In this document: in pieces, positions 9,738 through 20,364 of the stretch
How positions within the stretch are numbered: the stretch's first letter is position 1
Layout: each line of letters starts with the position of its first letter
Assembly (NCBI GenBank): GCA_965249275.1
Contig: CBDFLQ010000005.1
Location: 448,001-512,000 of the forward strand
Origin: Dehalococcoidia bacterium
GTDB lineage: Bacteria; Chloroflexota; Dehalococcoidia; Plut-88900
DNA length: 64,000 nucleotides
Direction: 5' to 3'
Notes under the pieces: generated by a model
Told to the model about the DNA's origin: nothing
The model's database searches: none
What the model saw: the letters and a program-made list of their open reading frames with translations, nothing else
Position numbers and translations under genes: made by a program

Positions 9738-10202
9738 TTGCGAATAGCCATAGGTGCCGATCATGCCGGCCTGCCCCTCAAGCAGGAACTGGCCCCGTGG
9801 CTCGAGGCACAGGGCCACGAGTTGCTCGACTTCGGAGCCCATGACTTCCGCCCGGGAGACGATTACCCGGACTACGCGGAAGCCGTGGCCCGCGCCGTGG
9901 CGAAGGGAGAGGCCACGAGAGGGATCATGGTCTGCGGAAGTGGCGTTGGAGCGTGCGTCACCACCAACAAGGTGCGTGGAGTGCGAGCCTGCATGTGCCA
10001 TGACACCTACTCGGCGCACCAGGGCGTGGAGCATGACGACATGAACGTCCTGTGTCTTGGTGCAAGGATCATAGGTGGAGAGCTGGCGCGGGAGGTGGTT
10101 ACGGCCTTTCTCGGGGCGCAGTTCTCGGGGGAGGAGCGGCACAAGCGTCGGCTTAACAAGCTCCTAGCCGTGGAGAGAAACAACCTAGCTAAGGACGGCT
10201 GA
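9738..10202 (+). CDS. rpiB: Ribose-5-phosphate isomerase B
   Basis: IGADHAG, DDYPDY, CGSGVG, NKVRGVRA, NVLCLGARIIG, RHKRR. Confidence 0.93.
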   Translation: MRIAIGADHAGLPLKQELAPWLEAQGHELLDFGAHDFRPGDDYPDYAEAVARAVAKGEATRGIMVCGSGVGACVTTNKVRGVRACMCHDTYSAHQGVEHDDMNVLCLGARIIGGELAREVVTAFLGAQFSGEERHKRRLNKLLAVERNNLAKDG

Positions 10203-10206
10203 AAAC

Positions 10207-11580
10207 ATGCCAGACCCCAACGAAAACGCCCCCCAGAGATGTGATCTGCTTATCCGCGGTGGCTATGTCATCACCATGGACGCCGACAACTCCAAGCATC
10301 CCGTCGGCGCCATCGCCATCCGTGGCCGCGAGATCGTAGCCGTGGGCCCCGAGGCCGAAGTCGTCTCCAAATACAGACCCTTGCGCACCCTCGATGTTAA
10401 GGGTGGGCCGGTACATCCCGGCTACATAGACCTTCACTACCACGTCTCGGGGCACCTGCCCAGCAAGCTGCTGGAGGACGGCGTCGCCTCCTCCGCGGGC
10501 GCCGGGCAGTGGATTGCCAGCCGCTATCAGCGCTTCTTCAACGCCCTGGGAGACGAGGAGGAGTACGCCAGCGCCATGCTCGCCGGCCTGGATATGCTGC
10601 GCAACGGGTTCACCTCTTTCGTGGAGCCCGGTACCGTCCACAGCACTGACGCCGTCGCCGAGGCCTGCAACGCCCTCGGCATCAGGGCCTGGGTTGGGGA
10701 CCCGTGGCTCTGGGACGTCGGCGGCGAAGGGCACATGGTCATAGACCGCGCCCCCTTCGACACCAAGAGGTCGCTGTCGCTACTCGGTGGTGAGCTAAAG
10801 CGCAACAGCGACCCCGACACCCTGGTTAGGGGCCACGTCGCCGTCTACGGCAGCGGCACCCAGACCGACGAGCTAATGGAGGCCGGCAAAGCCTGCGCTG
10901 ACGATAACGACGTCACCTTCAACTCCCATCAGTCCATGTCCGAGGGAGACTCCGAACGGAGTGGTCGGCACGCCTACCTCCACTGGGCCGAGAAGGGCAT
11001 CCTGGACTCCAAATGCCTGTTCGTTCACAGCAACGTCATCCGTGATCCCGAAATGCAACCCATCCTGGACTCCGGGCTAACCATCGCATGGGTCCCGGGC
11101 AACTCCTTCTACTATGGTGTACGCAAGAGTATCCCCAACCGCATCCCGGAGCTCTACCACCGGGGCCTCAACGTCGGGTTCGGGATGGACGTAAACAAAA
11201 CCTGGGTATTCGGGCAAAACACCCTGCTCGCCTACAACATCGCCCGTGAAGAGCGACAGGTCCTCTATCCAGACGACCTGCTGAAGATACAGACCATAAA
11301 CGGGGCCCGGGCCCTGAAGGCCGAAACCATGGTCGGCAGCATCGAGCCCGGCAAGAAGGCCGACATCGTCATCCGCTCCCTCTCCGATCCCTGGAACTTC
11401 CCCGTCCACCACATCGAGCGGGACATCACCCTCTACAGCCTCACCCGGAACGTTGACACCGTCTTGGTCGACGGCCGCATAGTGATAAAGAATGGCCGCC
11501 ACACCATGATCGACGAAGAGGTTGTCTACCAGCAGGCCCAGAACGCTGCGGAGACTCTGCTGGCAGCGGGATCTCCGTAG
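10207..11580 (+). CDS. Amidohydrolase (MTA/SAH-deaminase, AtzA-like)
   Basis: PGYIDLHYH, GFTSFVEPG, FVHSN, GSIEPGKKADIV. Confidence 0.82.
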   Translation: MPDPNENAPQRCDLLIRGGYVITMDADNSKHPVGAIAIRGREIVAVGPEAEVVSKYRPLRTLDVKGGPVHPGYIDLHYHVSGHLPSKLLEDGVASSAGAGQWIASRYQRFFNALGDEEEYASAMLAGLDMLRNGFTSFVEPGTVHSTDAVAEACNALGIRAWVGDPWLWDVGGEGHMVIDRAPFDTKRSLSLLGGELKRNSDPDTLVRGHVAVYGSGTQTDELMEAGKACADDNDVTFNSHQSMSEGDSERSGRHAYLHWAEKGILDSKCLFVHSNVIRDPEMQPILDSGLTIAWVPGNSFYYGVRKSIPNRIPELYHRGLNVGFGMDVNKTWVFGQNTLLAYNIAREERQVLYPDDLLKIQTINGARALKAETMVGSIEPGKKADIVIRSLSDPWNFPVHHIERDITLYSLTRNVDTVLVDGRIVIKNGRHTMIDEEVVYQQAQNAAETLLAAGSP

Positions 11581-11625
11581 GGGACGACTCGGGCTGACTT
11601 CCATTCGAATTCCTGCGGGGAAGAG

Positions 11626-11679
11626 CCGCTCGTGCTGTCGAAGACCTGCCGCGGCGGCGGCATGTCGAAGCATGAGCGG
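11626..11679. repeat. Palindromic REP (CCGCTC...GAGCGG family) with an internal module of about 21 nt
   Basis: Terminal inverted repeat; same 54-bp length and layout as 27473-27526. Confidence 0.75.
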
Positions 11680-11842
11680 GGTGTGGGACGAGTGTCTTCT
11701 TCCCCACTACCCTGAGGGCGCGTCGTGATATGATAGGTCAGTTCTGAATGTAGCAGTAACGACGCCTGCCGCTCACTGACCGACTATTGAACTTCTTTCA
11801 AAGTGCAGTTAAGGTGTCCACACCTTTCAGGAGGAGGGTATT

Positions 11843-12202
11843 ATGACAACTAAAGTCATTACGCGGCCATACCTTACATTAGGTCATCACGAGTCATTGG
11901 ATATATGTGTTGCTCGGTTCGAAGAACTTGGGCTTACCGCTTACGGCAAAACAGGGGACGAGGCGTACGAGAACCTTAGATCCCTTTACAGCCGCTTCAT
12001 TAAGCTTGCTCTAGTCAACGACACACTCAAAGCACAGCTTGACCACTCCGGAGTGGAGTGGTCAATACAGGAACTTGACGAATCCGTTGCCCCAGAGAAA
12101 GAGCAAGCGCTATCAGAGTACCTTCGTCAATTACTGGAAGGCTTAGGGGAAGGTGACGTGGCATCAGAGCCCACCCGTGAAAAGGTTGAGATGGTGTCCT
12201 AA
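11843..12202 (+). CDS. HicB-like protein
   Basis: CVARFEELGLTAYGKTGDEAYENL resembles the HicB N-terminal motif; strong RBS GGAGGAGG. Confidence 0.55.
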   Translation: MTTKVITRPYLTLGHHESLDICVARFEELGLTAYGKTGDEAYENLRSLYSRFIKLALVNDTLKAQLDHSGVEWSIQELDESVAPEKEQALSEYLRQLLEGLGEGDVASEPTREKVEMVS

Positions 12203-12204
12203 GG

Positions 12205-12498
12205 ATGTTTATCCCGTACGCGCTCTTGGTTCATTACCTGACCGAACATGGCTGGCAACAAGACAAGAAAGACCCTAGCCTCTTTACAGACAACCGCGGA
12301 TGGATATTTGGTTTTGATTCTTATGAAGGACTGATATCAATACGCCATGCCCTGGAAACTATTGCAGTATGGAGTCCAAAACGCGCTCATGAGGCGGGGC
12401 GGTGGCTCTTGGCTTTTGCGGAGGATGAGGTAAAGGGCATTTTGGAGCCCTATGATTCTTCTTACGAACTTCCCGACTCCGCCTCTGATACTCACTAG
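12205..12498 (+). CDS. Hypothetical protein, possibly a divergent HicA-like partner
   Basis: 2-bp gap to the upstream gene; LVHYLTEHGW start is reminiscent of HicA. Confidence 0.45.
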   Translation: MFIPYALLVHYLTEHGWQQDKKDPSLFTDNRGWIFGFDSYEGLISIRHALETIAVWSPKRAHEAGRWLLAFAEDEVKGILEPYDSSYELPDSASDTH

Positions 12499-12625
12499 CG
12501 CATAAATCACTACAGCTTGATAAGAGGTTAGTGGGCGGCGACTAACACTCACGGAATACAATATAAGTGCTATCGGTGTGGTGATTTGCCATAGCACCTT
12601 GATCTAATGGGGTGGGGCGGAGGCC

Positions 12626-13714
12626 CTACCCATCCCTGAACCTCGGCAGGACCTTGTTGCCGAACATGTCCAGGGCGCGCATCGTGTCATCGTGGCTCGT
12701 CTCTCCTGCCTGGATCATCAGCAATAGTTGGTCAACTCCGAGCCCCATCCACTTCTCGACTCCCCGGCACGTCGAGTCCAGGTCCCCGCCTATCACGATC
12801 CCGTCCTCGATTAGCTGGTCGTTGTTCCGGTTCAGCACCGACTCAAGCACCCCTTGCCTCTTGCCACCCGCGGCCTCCTCGTAGTACTTGCCCCCGTGGC
12901 TGCCGAAGCGGAGCTTCTGGAGCGGTACGTCGTTGTCGCCGAAGTACCACCTGGCCGCAGCACACGCCTTGTCCCTGCCCACCGCGTAGTCCCCGGCCAC
13001 GTTGCTGATGGCAAAGGCTGCGATCTTGTGGTTGGCATACCCTCCGACGGGCTCGCACTCGGGCATCGCGTCCTGGTAGGCCCTGATCGCCGGTATCATC
13101 TTCTCCGGCTCTATGGCGCTGAACCCCAGGATCCCAAGCCCCATCCGCGCCGCCTTGGCGAACGTCGCCGGCTGGGTAGCTGCCAGCCACATTGGGGGGT
13201 GGGGCTTCTGCACGGGCTTGGGCACAAGATCCCGCTGTGGCAGATCGTAGTGCGCGCCCTTCCAACCGGGGAACGGGTCGTCGACGAACATAGAAGCTAT
13301 GATCTGGATCGACTCGTCCCACAGCTCCTTTGCACCCTCGGCATCGTAGCCAAAGGCCTCGGAGTGGTAGATCGAGGCTCCACGCCCAGTACCCAATTCG
13401 ACACGCCCACCCGACAGGACATCGAGCGTCGATACGTACTCCACCACTCGGAACGGGTGATTGCACGGCAGCACCACCACCCCAAGCCCCAGCCGAATCT
13501 TCGACGTGTGCTGGGCCAGGGCCGCCAAGAACAACTCGGGCGCCGAGCTGTGGCCTATCTCCGGGTAGAAGTGGTGCTCCGTCTGCCAGTAGTACTCGAA
13601 CCCCACCTCCTCCGCCAGCACCGCCTCTGCCATAGCGTCCTTGTACAGCTGAACCTCGGCGTTCTCGGGCCACGGTTTGGGCATCTGAAGCTGATTAAAA
13701 TAGCCGAATTTCAT
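12626..13714 (-). CDS. LLM-class flavin-dependent oxidoreductase
   Basis: MKFGYF, AEEVGFEYYWQTEHHF, LDVLSGGRVELGTGRG, PKPVQKPHPPMW. Confidence 0.92.
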   Translation of the reverse strand: MKFGYFNQLQMPKPWPENAEVQLYKDAMAEAVLAEEVGFEYYWQTEHHFYPEIGHSSAPELFLAALAQHTSKIRLGLGVVVLPCNHPFRVVEYVSTLDVLSGGRVELGTGRGASIYHSEAFGYDAEGAKELWDESIQIIASMFVDDPFPGWKGAHYDLPQRDLVPKPVQKPHPPMWLAATQPATFAKAARMGLGILGFSAIEPEKMIPAIRAYQDAMPECEPVGGYANHKIAAFAISNVAGDYAVGRDKACAAARWYFGDNDVPLQKLRFGSHGGKYYEEAAGGKRQGVLESVLNRNNDQLIEDGIVIGGDLDSTCRGVEKWMGLGVDQLLLMIQAGETSHDDTMRALDMFGNKVLPRFRDG

Positions 13715-13969
13715 GCCAATATCTCGCCTTCTATTCCCTCATTCTATAGTACCTTTACACAACCCTAGTGCCAGAGAGTGGAGAGTTCCCGCCCTCGCTC
13801 CCTTGATGGGTCCTAGATGGGCTTCAGGCGTGAGAGGGTTAGGGTGCGGGTGTTCCTAGGATGCCGTGAGCATAACACACGGGTCGGCGATGATGTCCTT
13901 TACTGACTGTTCTTCCATTATGGGCATGCTTTCATTATCGGCGTACTCACATCTCAAAAGGAGGCATAC

Positions 13970-14293
13970 GTGCGAGTAAAATGGCTCCTGTTAGTTATGG
14001 GCCTCGCTGTATTGCTCACAGGGTGTTCCCAACTATCAATAAAGAGTATCTCGGAGATTCAGTGCGAGGATCTCATCCCAGAAATCATCTCCTTAAGCGA
14101 GAGTTCCGATAACCAAACGGCACCGACGATCCTCAAGGTATATGATTCCCAAGAGGTCGGTCGCAGCACAGATCGATTGGATTGTGAGGGAGATGCCAGA
14201 CTATCCACGGGAGATTGGCGGATAAGCTTTCACTTAGAAGAAGATAGGGATGGCGATAGGTTCGTCGGGTACCAAGTGAAACTATTCAACTGA
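13970..14293 (+). CDS. Hypothetical lipoprotein
   Basis: AGGAGG RBS, signal peptide with lipobox LTG-C; lower GC. Confidence 0.7.
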   Translation: MRVKWLLLVMGLAVLLTGCSQLSIKSISEIQCEDLIPEIISLSESSDNQTAPTILKVYDSQEVGRSTDRLDCEGDARLSTGDWRISFHLEEDRDGDRFVGYQVKLFN

Positions 14294-14464
14294 TTGATTC
14301 CACCGTCTGGGCGCAGGCTCAAAAGGATAGTCTACCCATCTTTTGCGAAGCTGCCAACGCCGATTGTTGAGAGCCAGATGTGGCGCAAACCGGGTCTCCA
14401 GTTCTTAGAAAACTCGATGGCTAAGTCTTTCCACTGCATTATGAAACACACCATCTAGCTGCCC

Positions 14465-16846
14465 CTACCCTCTTAACGCCGCCCCGGTCTCCCGACCCAG
14501 CTTCTCCAATAGCTGCGCCTGCACCATGTTCACTTCATGCTCCCCCAACGTCCTGCTCGGCGACTGGTACAGCACCCGGAACGCCAGCGATTTCTTATCC
14601 TCCGCTACCTGGTCCCCCGTGTACACGTCGAACAGCTCTACCGAGGTTACCAGCGGGAACGACTCGATCACATCCTGCACCGCCGTCGAAGGTGTATCCG
14701 CGTCGACGATCAGGGCCAGGTCTCTAAGCGCACCGGGGTACCGGGACACGGGCCTGTATCTCTTGGTTGCAGGGAGATGTGCCAGGAGCCGGGCCATGTC
14801 CACCTCGAACACGTGCACCGACGCCCCCTCTATGTCGAACGCCTCTACCACCTGTGGATGCACCTCCCCCAACACCGCCAACCGCTCCCCTCGCGCCGAT
14901 ATCTGCACGACGCGTCCCGGATGCAGTCCTTCACCTTCGTCCCTTTCGAACTGCGCCTCCACCCCCAGCCGGCCGAGCATCATCTCCAGCACTCCCTTTG
15001 CTCGGAGGAACCCGTCCATCGGGTCGTCCGGGTCGCCGGTCACGACTCCCGTCAGCACTTCCTGCTCTTCCGGCAGGTCCCTATTCCTTGGGATGTACAC
15101 CTTGCCCGCCTCGAACATGAGCAGGGGCCCGTGGTGGTACTTCTTGTTGTGCTCCACGTTGGCCAGTAGCCCCGGCCTCAGGCTGAGACGCAGGTACTCC
15201 TGCTCGACACGGAGCGGGTTTGCCACCCTCAACGGCTTCATCTGCGCCAGGTGAGTGAGGCCCGCGTTCTCCAGCCCCTTCACGTCCGACAGCGAGTAGT
15301 TCACCACCTCTTGCATACCGGAACCGGCCAGCAAGTCCTTCACCCGATCCCTTAAGCTCCGGGCATCGTCGGGTTCGTTTGGCGGGATCCGGCCCGACAG
15401 CGGCGTGGTGGGAATGTCGTCGTAGCCACGGATTCGGGCCACCTCTTCCACCAGGTCGTCCTCGATGCCTATGTCGGTGCGCCAATAAGGCGCGTCGACC
15501 TTCAACGTCCCCTCTCCCGCGTCCTCGCACCCGAATCCCAGAGATTCCAGAACCCCGCGCACCGTCTCTAGCCCAATCGGGATGCCGAGGACCTGCTTAA
15601 TCCGCGCCTCGGTGATGTGAAGTGAGGCACTCTCCTTCTCCCCGGGGTAGACATCGATGATCCCCTCGGCGACCGTGCCTCCGGCCAACTCGGCCAGCAA
15701 TTGCGTTGCCCGGCGCAGGCCCCTTGGAGGCAGTTCGGGGCTCAGGCCCTTGTCGAACCGCAGCGACGCTTCGCTCCGCAGTCTCAGCCGCGTCGACGTT
15801 CGCCTGATATTTACGTTGTCGAAGTTGGCCGACTCCAAGAGCAACGCCGTCGTGCCTTCCGTGACCTCGCTGTCTCCCCCACCCATCACCCCCGCCAAGC
15901 CGATGGGGCCATCCGGGTCAGAAATGACCTGCATTTCCGGGTCCAGGGTACGTAGCTCACCATCCAGGGTCAGGAGCCGCTCCCCGGCCCTCGCCCGCCT
16001 CACAATTATCTTGTGGTCTTTGATCTTGTCGTAGTCGAAGGCGTGAAGGGGTTGGCCGTACTCCATCATCACGTAGTTCGTGATGTCGACCACGTTGTTG
16101 ATTGGCCTCATGCCACATGCCTTCAGCCGTTCCTGCATCCACACCGACGAAGGCCCGACCTTCAGTCCCGTAACAATACTGGCCGTGTAACGGGAGCACA
16201 GGTCCGGGTCTGCTATCTCCACCGACGCCAGGTCAACCGCCGCCCTTGCTTCCTCCTCATAGGTCACATTCGGCGGCGTAATCTGCTCGCCGGTAAGGGC
16301 CGCCACTTCCTGCGCAACCCCGAGCATCGACAGGCAGTCAGGCCGGTTCGGGGTGAGTTCAAGTTCCAGGATGCTGTCACCGAGATAGTCGAAGAGCGGC
16401 ATCCCAGGCGGTGCGTTCTCCGGCAAGACGAGGATGCCCTCGTGCTCCTCGGACATCCCAAGCTCTTTCTCGGAGCAGATCATGCCGTTGGAGACTACGC
16501 CCCGGATCTTCGCCGCCTTCAGCTTGACCGACTTCCCCGAATGGCCGTCGAACAACTGCGCCCCGACCTTGGCAAATGCGATGTTCTGGCCCGCGGCCAC
16601 GTTGGGGGCGCCGCAGACCACCTCATGGGTCTCGCCGGGCAGGTCGACGGTGCACAGGCTAAGCCGGTCGGCGTTCGGGTGCTTATTAACCTCGCACACC
16701 TTCCCGACACACACCCCTTCCCACGCCTCCCCCACCTCCTCCACACTCCCAACCTCCAGACCTGCCATCGTCAGCTTATGGGCCAATTCCTTCGGCTCTA
16801 GGGACACGGGCACATAGTCCCTGAGCCATTTGAGAGATACTTTCAT
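14465..16846 (-). CDS. pheT: Phenylalanine-tRNA ligase beta subunit
   Basis: MKVSLKWL, HPNADRL, TPNRPDCLS, NNVVDITNY, DLVEEVARIRGY, SLAFRV. Confidence 0.98.
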   Translation of the reverse strand: MKVSLKWLRDYVPVSLEPKELAHKLTMAGLEVGSVEEVGEAWEGVCVGKVCEVNKHPNADRLSLCTVDLPGETHEVVCGAPNVAAGQNIAFAKVGAQLFDGHSGKSVKLKAAKIRGVVSNGMICSEKELGMSEEHEGILVLPENAPPGMPLFDYLGDSILELELTPNRPDCLSMLGVAQEVAALTGEQITPPNVTYEEEARAAVDLASVEIADPDLCSRYTASIVTGLKVGPSSVWMQERLKACGMRPINNVVDITNYVMMEYGQPLHAFDYDKIKDHKIIVRRARAGERLLTLDGELRTLDPEMQVISDPDGPIGLAGVMGGGDSEVTEGTTALLLESANFDNVNIRRTSTRLRLRSEASLRFDKGLSPELPPRGLRRATQLLAELAGGTVAEGIIDVYPGEKESASLHITEARIKQVLGIPIGLETVRGVLESLGFGCEDAGEGTLKVDAPYWRTDIGIEDDLVEEVARIRGYDDIPTTPLSGRIPPNEPDDARSLRDRVKDLLAGSGMQEVVNYSLSDVKGLENAGLTHLAQMKPLRVANPLRVEQEYLRLSLRPGLLANVEHNKKYHHGPLLMFEAGKVYIPRNRDLPEEQEVLTGVVTGDPDDPMDGFLRAKGVLEMMLGRLGVEAQFERDEGEGLHPGRVVQISARGERLAVLGEVHPQVVEAFDIEGASVHVFEVDMARLLAHLPATKRYRPVSRYPGALRDLALIVDADTPSTAVQDVIESFPLVTSVELFDVYTGDQVAEDKKSLAFRVLYQSPSRTLGEHEVNMVQAQLLEKLGRETGAALRG

Positions 16847-16859
16847 GGGGTGAGCGCCG

Positions 16860-18302
16860 TTAGGCTCCCAGCTCCTTCCCCGCCGCCGACTCCACCACCG
16901 TGCCCTTGAAGAAGTCTGGGTTCATATCCGCGTAGAGGTGCACCGCATTGGTGAAGGTGAAGTCCCGGAAGTCCTCGGCCGTTATCAGCTCGTCTTCCAC
17001 CATCTCGTAGGCTTCCTCCACCACTTCCCGCATGTCCGGCACATCCCAGTGCCCGATATCCGAGCTAAACACCGCCTTCAGCTTTGCTCCCATCGGGTTT
17101 ACCTTCGAGTTGAAGGCGTGGGCGTTCATGGGATCATCCGCCTCGCAGCCGTAGTAGAAGGGCTTTATGAACAGGTCCAGCATCTCCTCGGCCCGCTCCA
17201 TGGGCACGTCCGACCAGTCGTCCAGCTCCTCGGGGGCAGTTTCTCCGGCCAGGTAGTGGTCCCGTATCTCCTTAAGCCGAGCCTTCTGCGAGGGTTCGCC
17301 GTTCTCCTCAATCATGCTCATCAACGAGTCGACGTCCAGGTGCCGGGGGTCGAGCTTCATAATGTCGACGCCGTTGCGCTTTACCCAATGCCCCACCATG
17401 TCCGCATAGAGACGGCACGCCCACCCGACGCCCCCCTCCAGGAAGGCGATGTTCAGGCCCGGGAACCGCTTGGTGACGCCGCCCATGAACAGCGCCTTCG
17501 CTACGGGCTCGTGGGCCAGGGCGAAGGTGGCCATGTGGTTGTACATGTAGTTGGACGTGGAGCGGGTGCCCCAGCCCAGGTTGGCCGCATGGGAGGCGGG
17601 CGCTACGTTGAGCTCCAGGCACTTGGCCCAGAACGGGTCGTAGTCGTAGTCGCTGTCCATGCCGATCAGGTCCATGCGGGAGTTGACGTAGGCCAGGTGC
17701 TCCGGGGCGTCGGCGGCCTTGGCGAGGGGGCGCAGGGACCGACCCTCTATCATCGCCACCTTCATACCCAATTCGTTGACGGCGTATTCAAGTTCCTCTA
17801 TGGCGACTTCCGGCGTGTGCATTGGAATGGCCGCCGCCGTGGTCATTCTCTTGGAGTAGCTGCCGTATACCTCGGCGTGGTAGGCGTTCACAGCCCGGCT
17901 CCCGACCTGCCTCACCTCGGGATCGGGAATGCGGTCAAGCACCAGGCTGCGCGTCGGGTACAGGACGGCGTAGTCGATGCCGAGCTCGTCCATCCGCTCG
18001 TTGAGCAGTCTGGGCAGGGAGGCCGTGGCCCGGTCCAGGCTGTTCTCGGTGGGCATGACCCACCAAGCAGGCGCCGTGGCGAACTCGTGTCGCCGCTGCT
18101 CAGCCGACATGTTGAACCACCGCAGGTTCCACGCCTGTCGAAACGCTTCCTCGTAGCGCTTCTTGATGTCCCCTCCACCTATCTTCTCGACAAAATCCAG
18201 GAGGATGGGCCCGATCTCCAGGGTGTGGCCGTCGGAATCGATTATCGGATGCCCGAGCTTGCGCCTGATGTCCTGACTGCGTGATAGCGTTGCACTGATC
18301 AT
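16860..18302 (-). CDS. Amidohydrolase_2-type protein, paralog A5
   Basis: HPIIDSDGH, FLEGGVGWA, GCEADD, FSSDIGHWD; GGAG RBS before ATG 18302. Confidence 0.88.
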   Translation of the reverse strand: MISATLSRSQDIRRKLGHPIIDSDGHTLEIGPILLDFVEKIGGGDIKKRYEEAFRQAWNLRWFNMSAEQRRHEFATAPAWWVMPTENSLDRATASLPRLLNERMDELGIDYAVLYPTRSLVLDRIPDPEVRQVGSRAVNAYHAEVYGSYSKRMTTAAAIPMHTPEVAIEELEYAVNELGMKVAMIEGRSLRPLAKAADAPEHLAYVNSRMDLIGMDSDYDYDPFWAKCLELNVAPASHAANLGWGTRSTSNYMYNHMATFALAHEPVAKALFMGGVTKRFPGLNIAFLEGGVGWACRLYADMVGHWVKRNGVDIMKLDPRHLDVDSLMSMIEENGEPSQKARLKEIRDHYLAGETAPEELDDWSDVPMERAEEMLDLFIKPFYYGCEADDPMNAHAFNSKVNPMGAKLKAVFSSDIGHWDVPDMREVVEEAYEMVEDELITAEDFRDFTFTNAVHLYADMNPDFFKGTVVESAAGKELGA

Positions 18303-18330
18303 TTTTGTCTCCAATTCGGGGATCGGGTAC

Positions 18331-19788
18331 TTATCGGCCCAGCAGCTTCCTGGCTTCTGCTTCCACGGCTGTGCCGTCGAAGAACCCTGGGTTGACCTTG
18401 CCGTAGAGGTTTACGGTGTTGGTAAACATAAAGTCCCGGAAGTCCTCTTCGTTGATTAGCTCGTGCTCCACCAGCTCGTAGGCTTCCTCCACGACCTCCC
18501 GCATGTCCGGCACGTCCCAGTGCCCGATGTCCGAGCTGAATACCGCCTTCAGCTTTGCGCCCAGCGGGTTCACCTTCGAGTTGAAAGCCCAGGCGTTCAT
18601 CGGGTCGTCCGCCTCGCAACCGAAGTAGAACGGCTCCACGAACAGGTCAAGCATCTCCTCGACGTTCTCCATGGGGACGTGAGACCAGTCGTCCAACTCG
18701 GCAGGGTGGGGATCGGGGGTGGCGTACATCTCCCGGATCTCATCGATCTTCGACTGCATGATCTCCTCGCCGTACTCCCGCACGAGGTCCAGCAGCATTT
18801 CCTGGTCGAGATGCCGGGGGTCGAGCCTGCCTATGACCCGGGCATTGCGCTTCTCCCAGTGACCTATTATGTCCGAGTATAGGTTGCACGCCCAGGCGAC
18901 TCCTCCCTCAAGGAAGATGAAGTTCAGGCCCGGGAACCGCTTGGTCACCCCACCCATGAACAGTGCCTTGGCGAAGGTGTCGTGGCCGTGGGCGAAGGCG
19001 CTCAGGTGGTTGAACATGTACTTGGAAGTGGAAACCGCACCCCAGAAGAAGTCGCTGCCGTGGGATGCGGGCGTAATGCCCATCTCCTGGCACCTGGCCC
19101 AGAAGGGATCATAGTCGTACTCGCTGTCTAAGCCGATCACGTCGATGTAGCGGGCTACGTCCTCGGCTTCCGGGTGCTCCTGCAGGTGCTTGGGGATGGG
19201 CCGATTCACGCGCCCCGGCAGCATTATCGTCTTCAGCCCGAGATCGTTTACCGCGTACTCCATCTCCCGGATGGCAATCTCCGGCGTATCCATCGGTATC
19301 ACCGCCGCGGGCGTCATGCGGTGAGAATAGGGCCGGTAAAGGTCCGCCGCGCAGGCGTTCATTGCCCGGCACACGATAAGCCTCTGCTCGAAACCCTGGA
19401 TCCGGTCGAACCCGAGACCCAGCGTGGTATACAGGACCGCGTAGTCCATTCCCAGCTCGTCCATGCGCTCGTTCAGGATCTTGGGCACTGTAGCCGTGGC
19501 CCGGTCCAGTACGTTGGACGTGGGTGCAAACCACCAGGGCGTCGCCGGATGCCAGTTCTCCTTACGCTCTTCCGGCGTCATGGTGAACCAGGTCTTTCCC
19601 GCCGACCCCGTCTCCGTCGAGCCCTTCATCATCTCTTCGAACAGGTCACGGGCGTCGGCGCCGCCCTGCTCATATACGTAGTCCGAGAGCACGGGCGTAA
19701 GCTCCAGCGTGTGCCCATCCGAGTCGATTATCGGGTGGCCCACCTTGCTCCGTATCTCCTGGCTCCGGGAAGATCTCGTAATTACCAT
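18331..19788 (-). CDS. Amidohydrolase_2-type protein, paralog A4
   Basis: Same motifs; start set at MVITRSSRSQEIR by alignment with the paralogs and a GAGG RBS. Confidence 0.88.
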   Translation of the reverse strand: MVITRSSRSQEIRSKVGHPIIDSDGHTLELTPVLSDYVYEQGGADARDLFEEMMKGSTETGSAGKTWFTMTPEERKENWHPATPWWFAPTSNVLDRATATVPKILNERMDELGMDYAVLYTTLGLGFDRIQGFEQRLIVCRAMNACAADLYRPYSHRMTPAAVIPMDTPEIAIREMEYAVNDLGLKTIMLPGRVNRPIPKHLQEHPEAEDVARYIDVIGLDSEYDYDPFWARCQEMGITPASHGSDFFWGAVSTSKYMFNHLSAFAHGHDTFAKALFMGGVTKRFPGLNFIFLEGGVAWACNLYSDIIGHWEKRNARVIGRLDPRHLDQEMLLDLVREYGEEIMQSKIDEIREMYATPDPHPAELDDWSHVPMENVEEMLDLFVEPFYFGCEADDPMNAWAFNSKVNPLGAKLKAVFSSDIGHWDVPDMREVVEEAYELVEHELINEEDFRDFMFTNTVNLYGKVNPGFFDGTAVEAEARKLLGR

Positions 19789-19872
19789 TGTCCGTTCCTC
19801 CGCTCTCCATCTGTTCGCCGCGCTATGAGAATAACCTATATATTCCAAAATAGGGCATGGGCGCTTAATGGA

Positions 19873-20364
19873 TTAGTCATCCCAGGAAGCACCTAACTGC
19901 CGGATCATATCGTAGGTATTGATACATTTAACGGAATACTGATCACACACGTTGGGGATCTTTACCTGCTGAGAGCTTGGCCGGACACGCGACTCTAAGG
20001 TAACTACTACACCTCGCTCAGCAATCGCGTGAGCTATGACCCACGGATCGGCCCGACGCAAAAACCTGCGCCTAGCCTGGTTGTCGGGATAGCTCCGCAC
20101 CACATAACTTACCACCCCCCTGACCTCCTTTTGAACAGCTATGCTGGGGTCAACGAACATCCCTGAATTCTTACGCTCCTTGGCCCAATTCACTATCTCA
20201 TCCTGCCCATCCAACAACTCTTGGTAAACTTGAATGGGACATGCGACTTGGCCACCTTCAACAAGTTCATCGATCATTGTCCAGAACCGAGGTGCAATGT
20301 CGAAATCATATGGTCCCTTCTTTCCCTCAATGAAGACATTGCTGTCCAACCAAAAGTTAGTCAA
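19873..20364 (-). CDS. DUF4411-family PIN-domain protein
   Basis: LDSNVFIE, YDFDIAPRFW, ADPWVIAHA, VVTLE, KIPNVC. Confidence 0.88.
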   Translation of the reverse strand: MTNFWLDSNVFIEGKKGPYDFDIAPRFWTMIDELVEGGQVACPIQVYQELLDGQDEIVNWAKERKNSGMFVDPSIAVQKEVRGVVSYVVRSYPDNQARRRFLRRADPWVIAHAIAERGVVVTLESRVRPSSQQVKIPNVCDQYSVKCINTYDMIRQLGASWDD

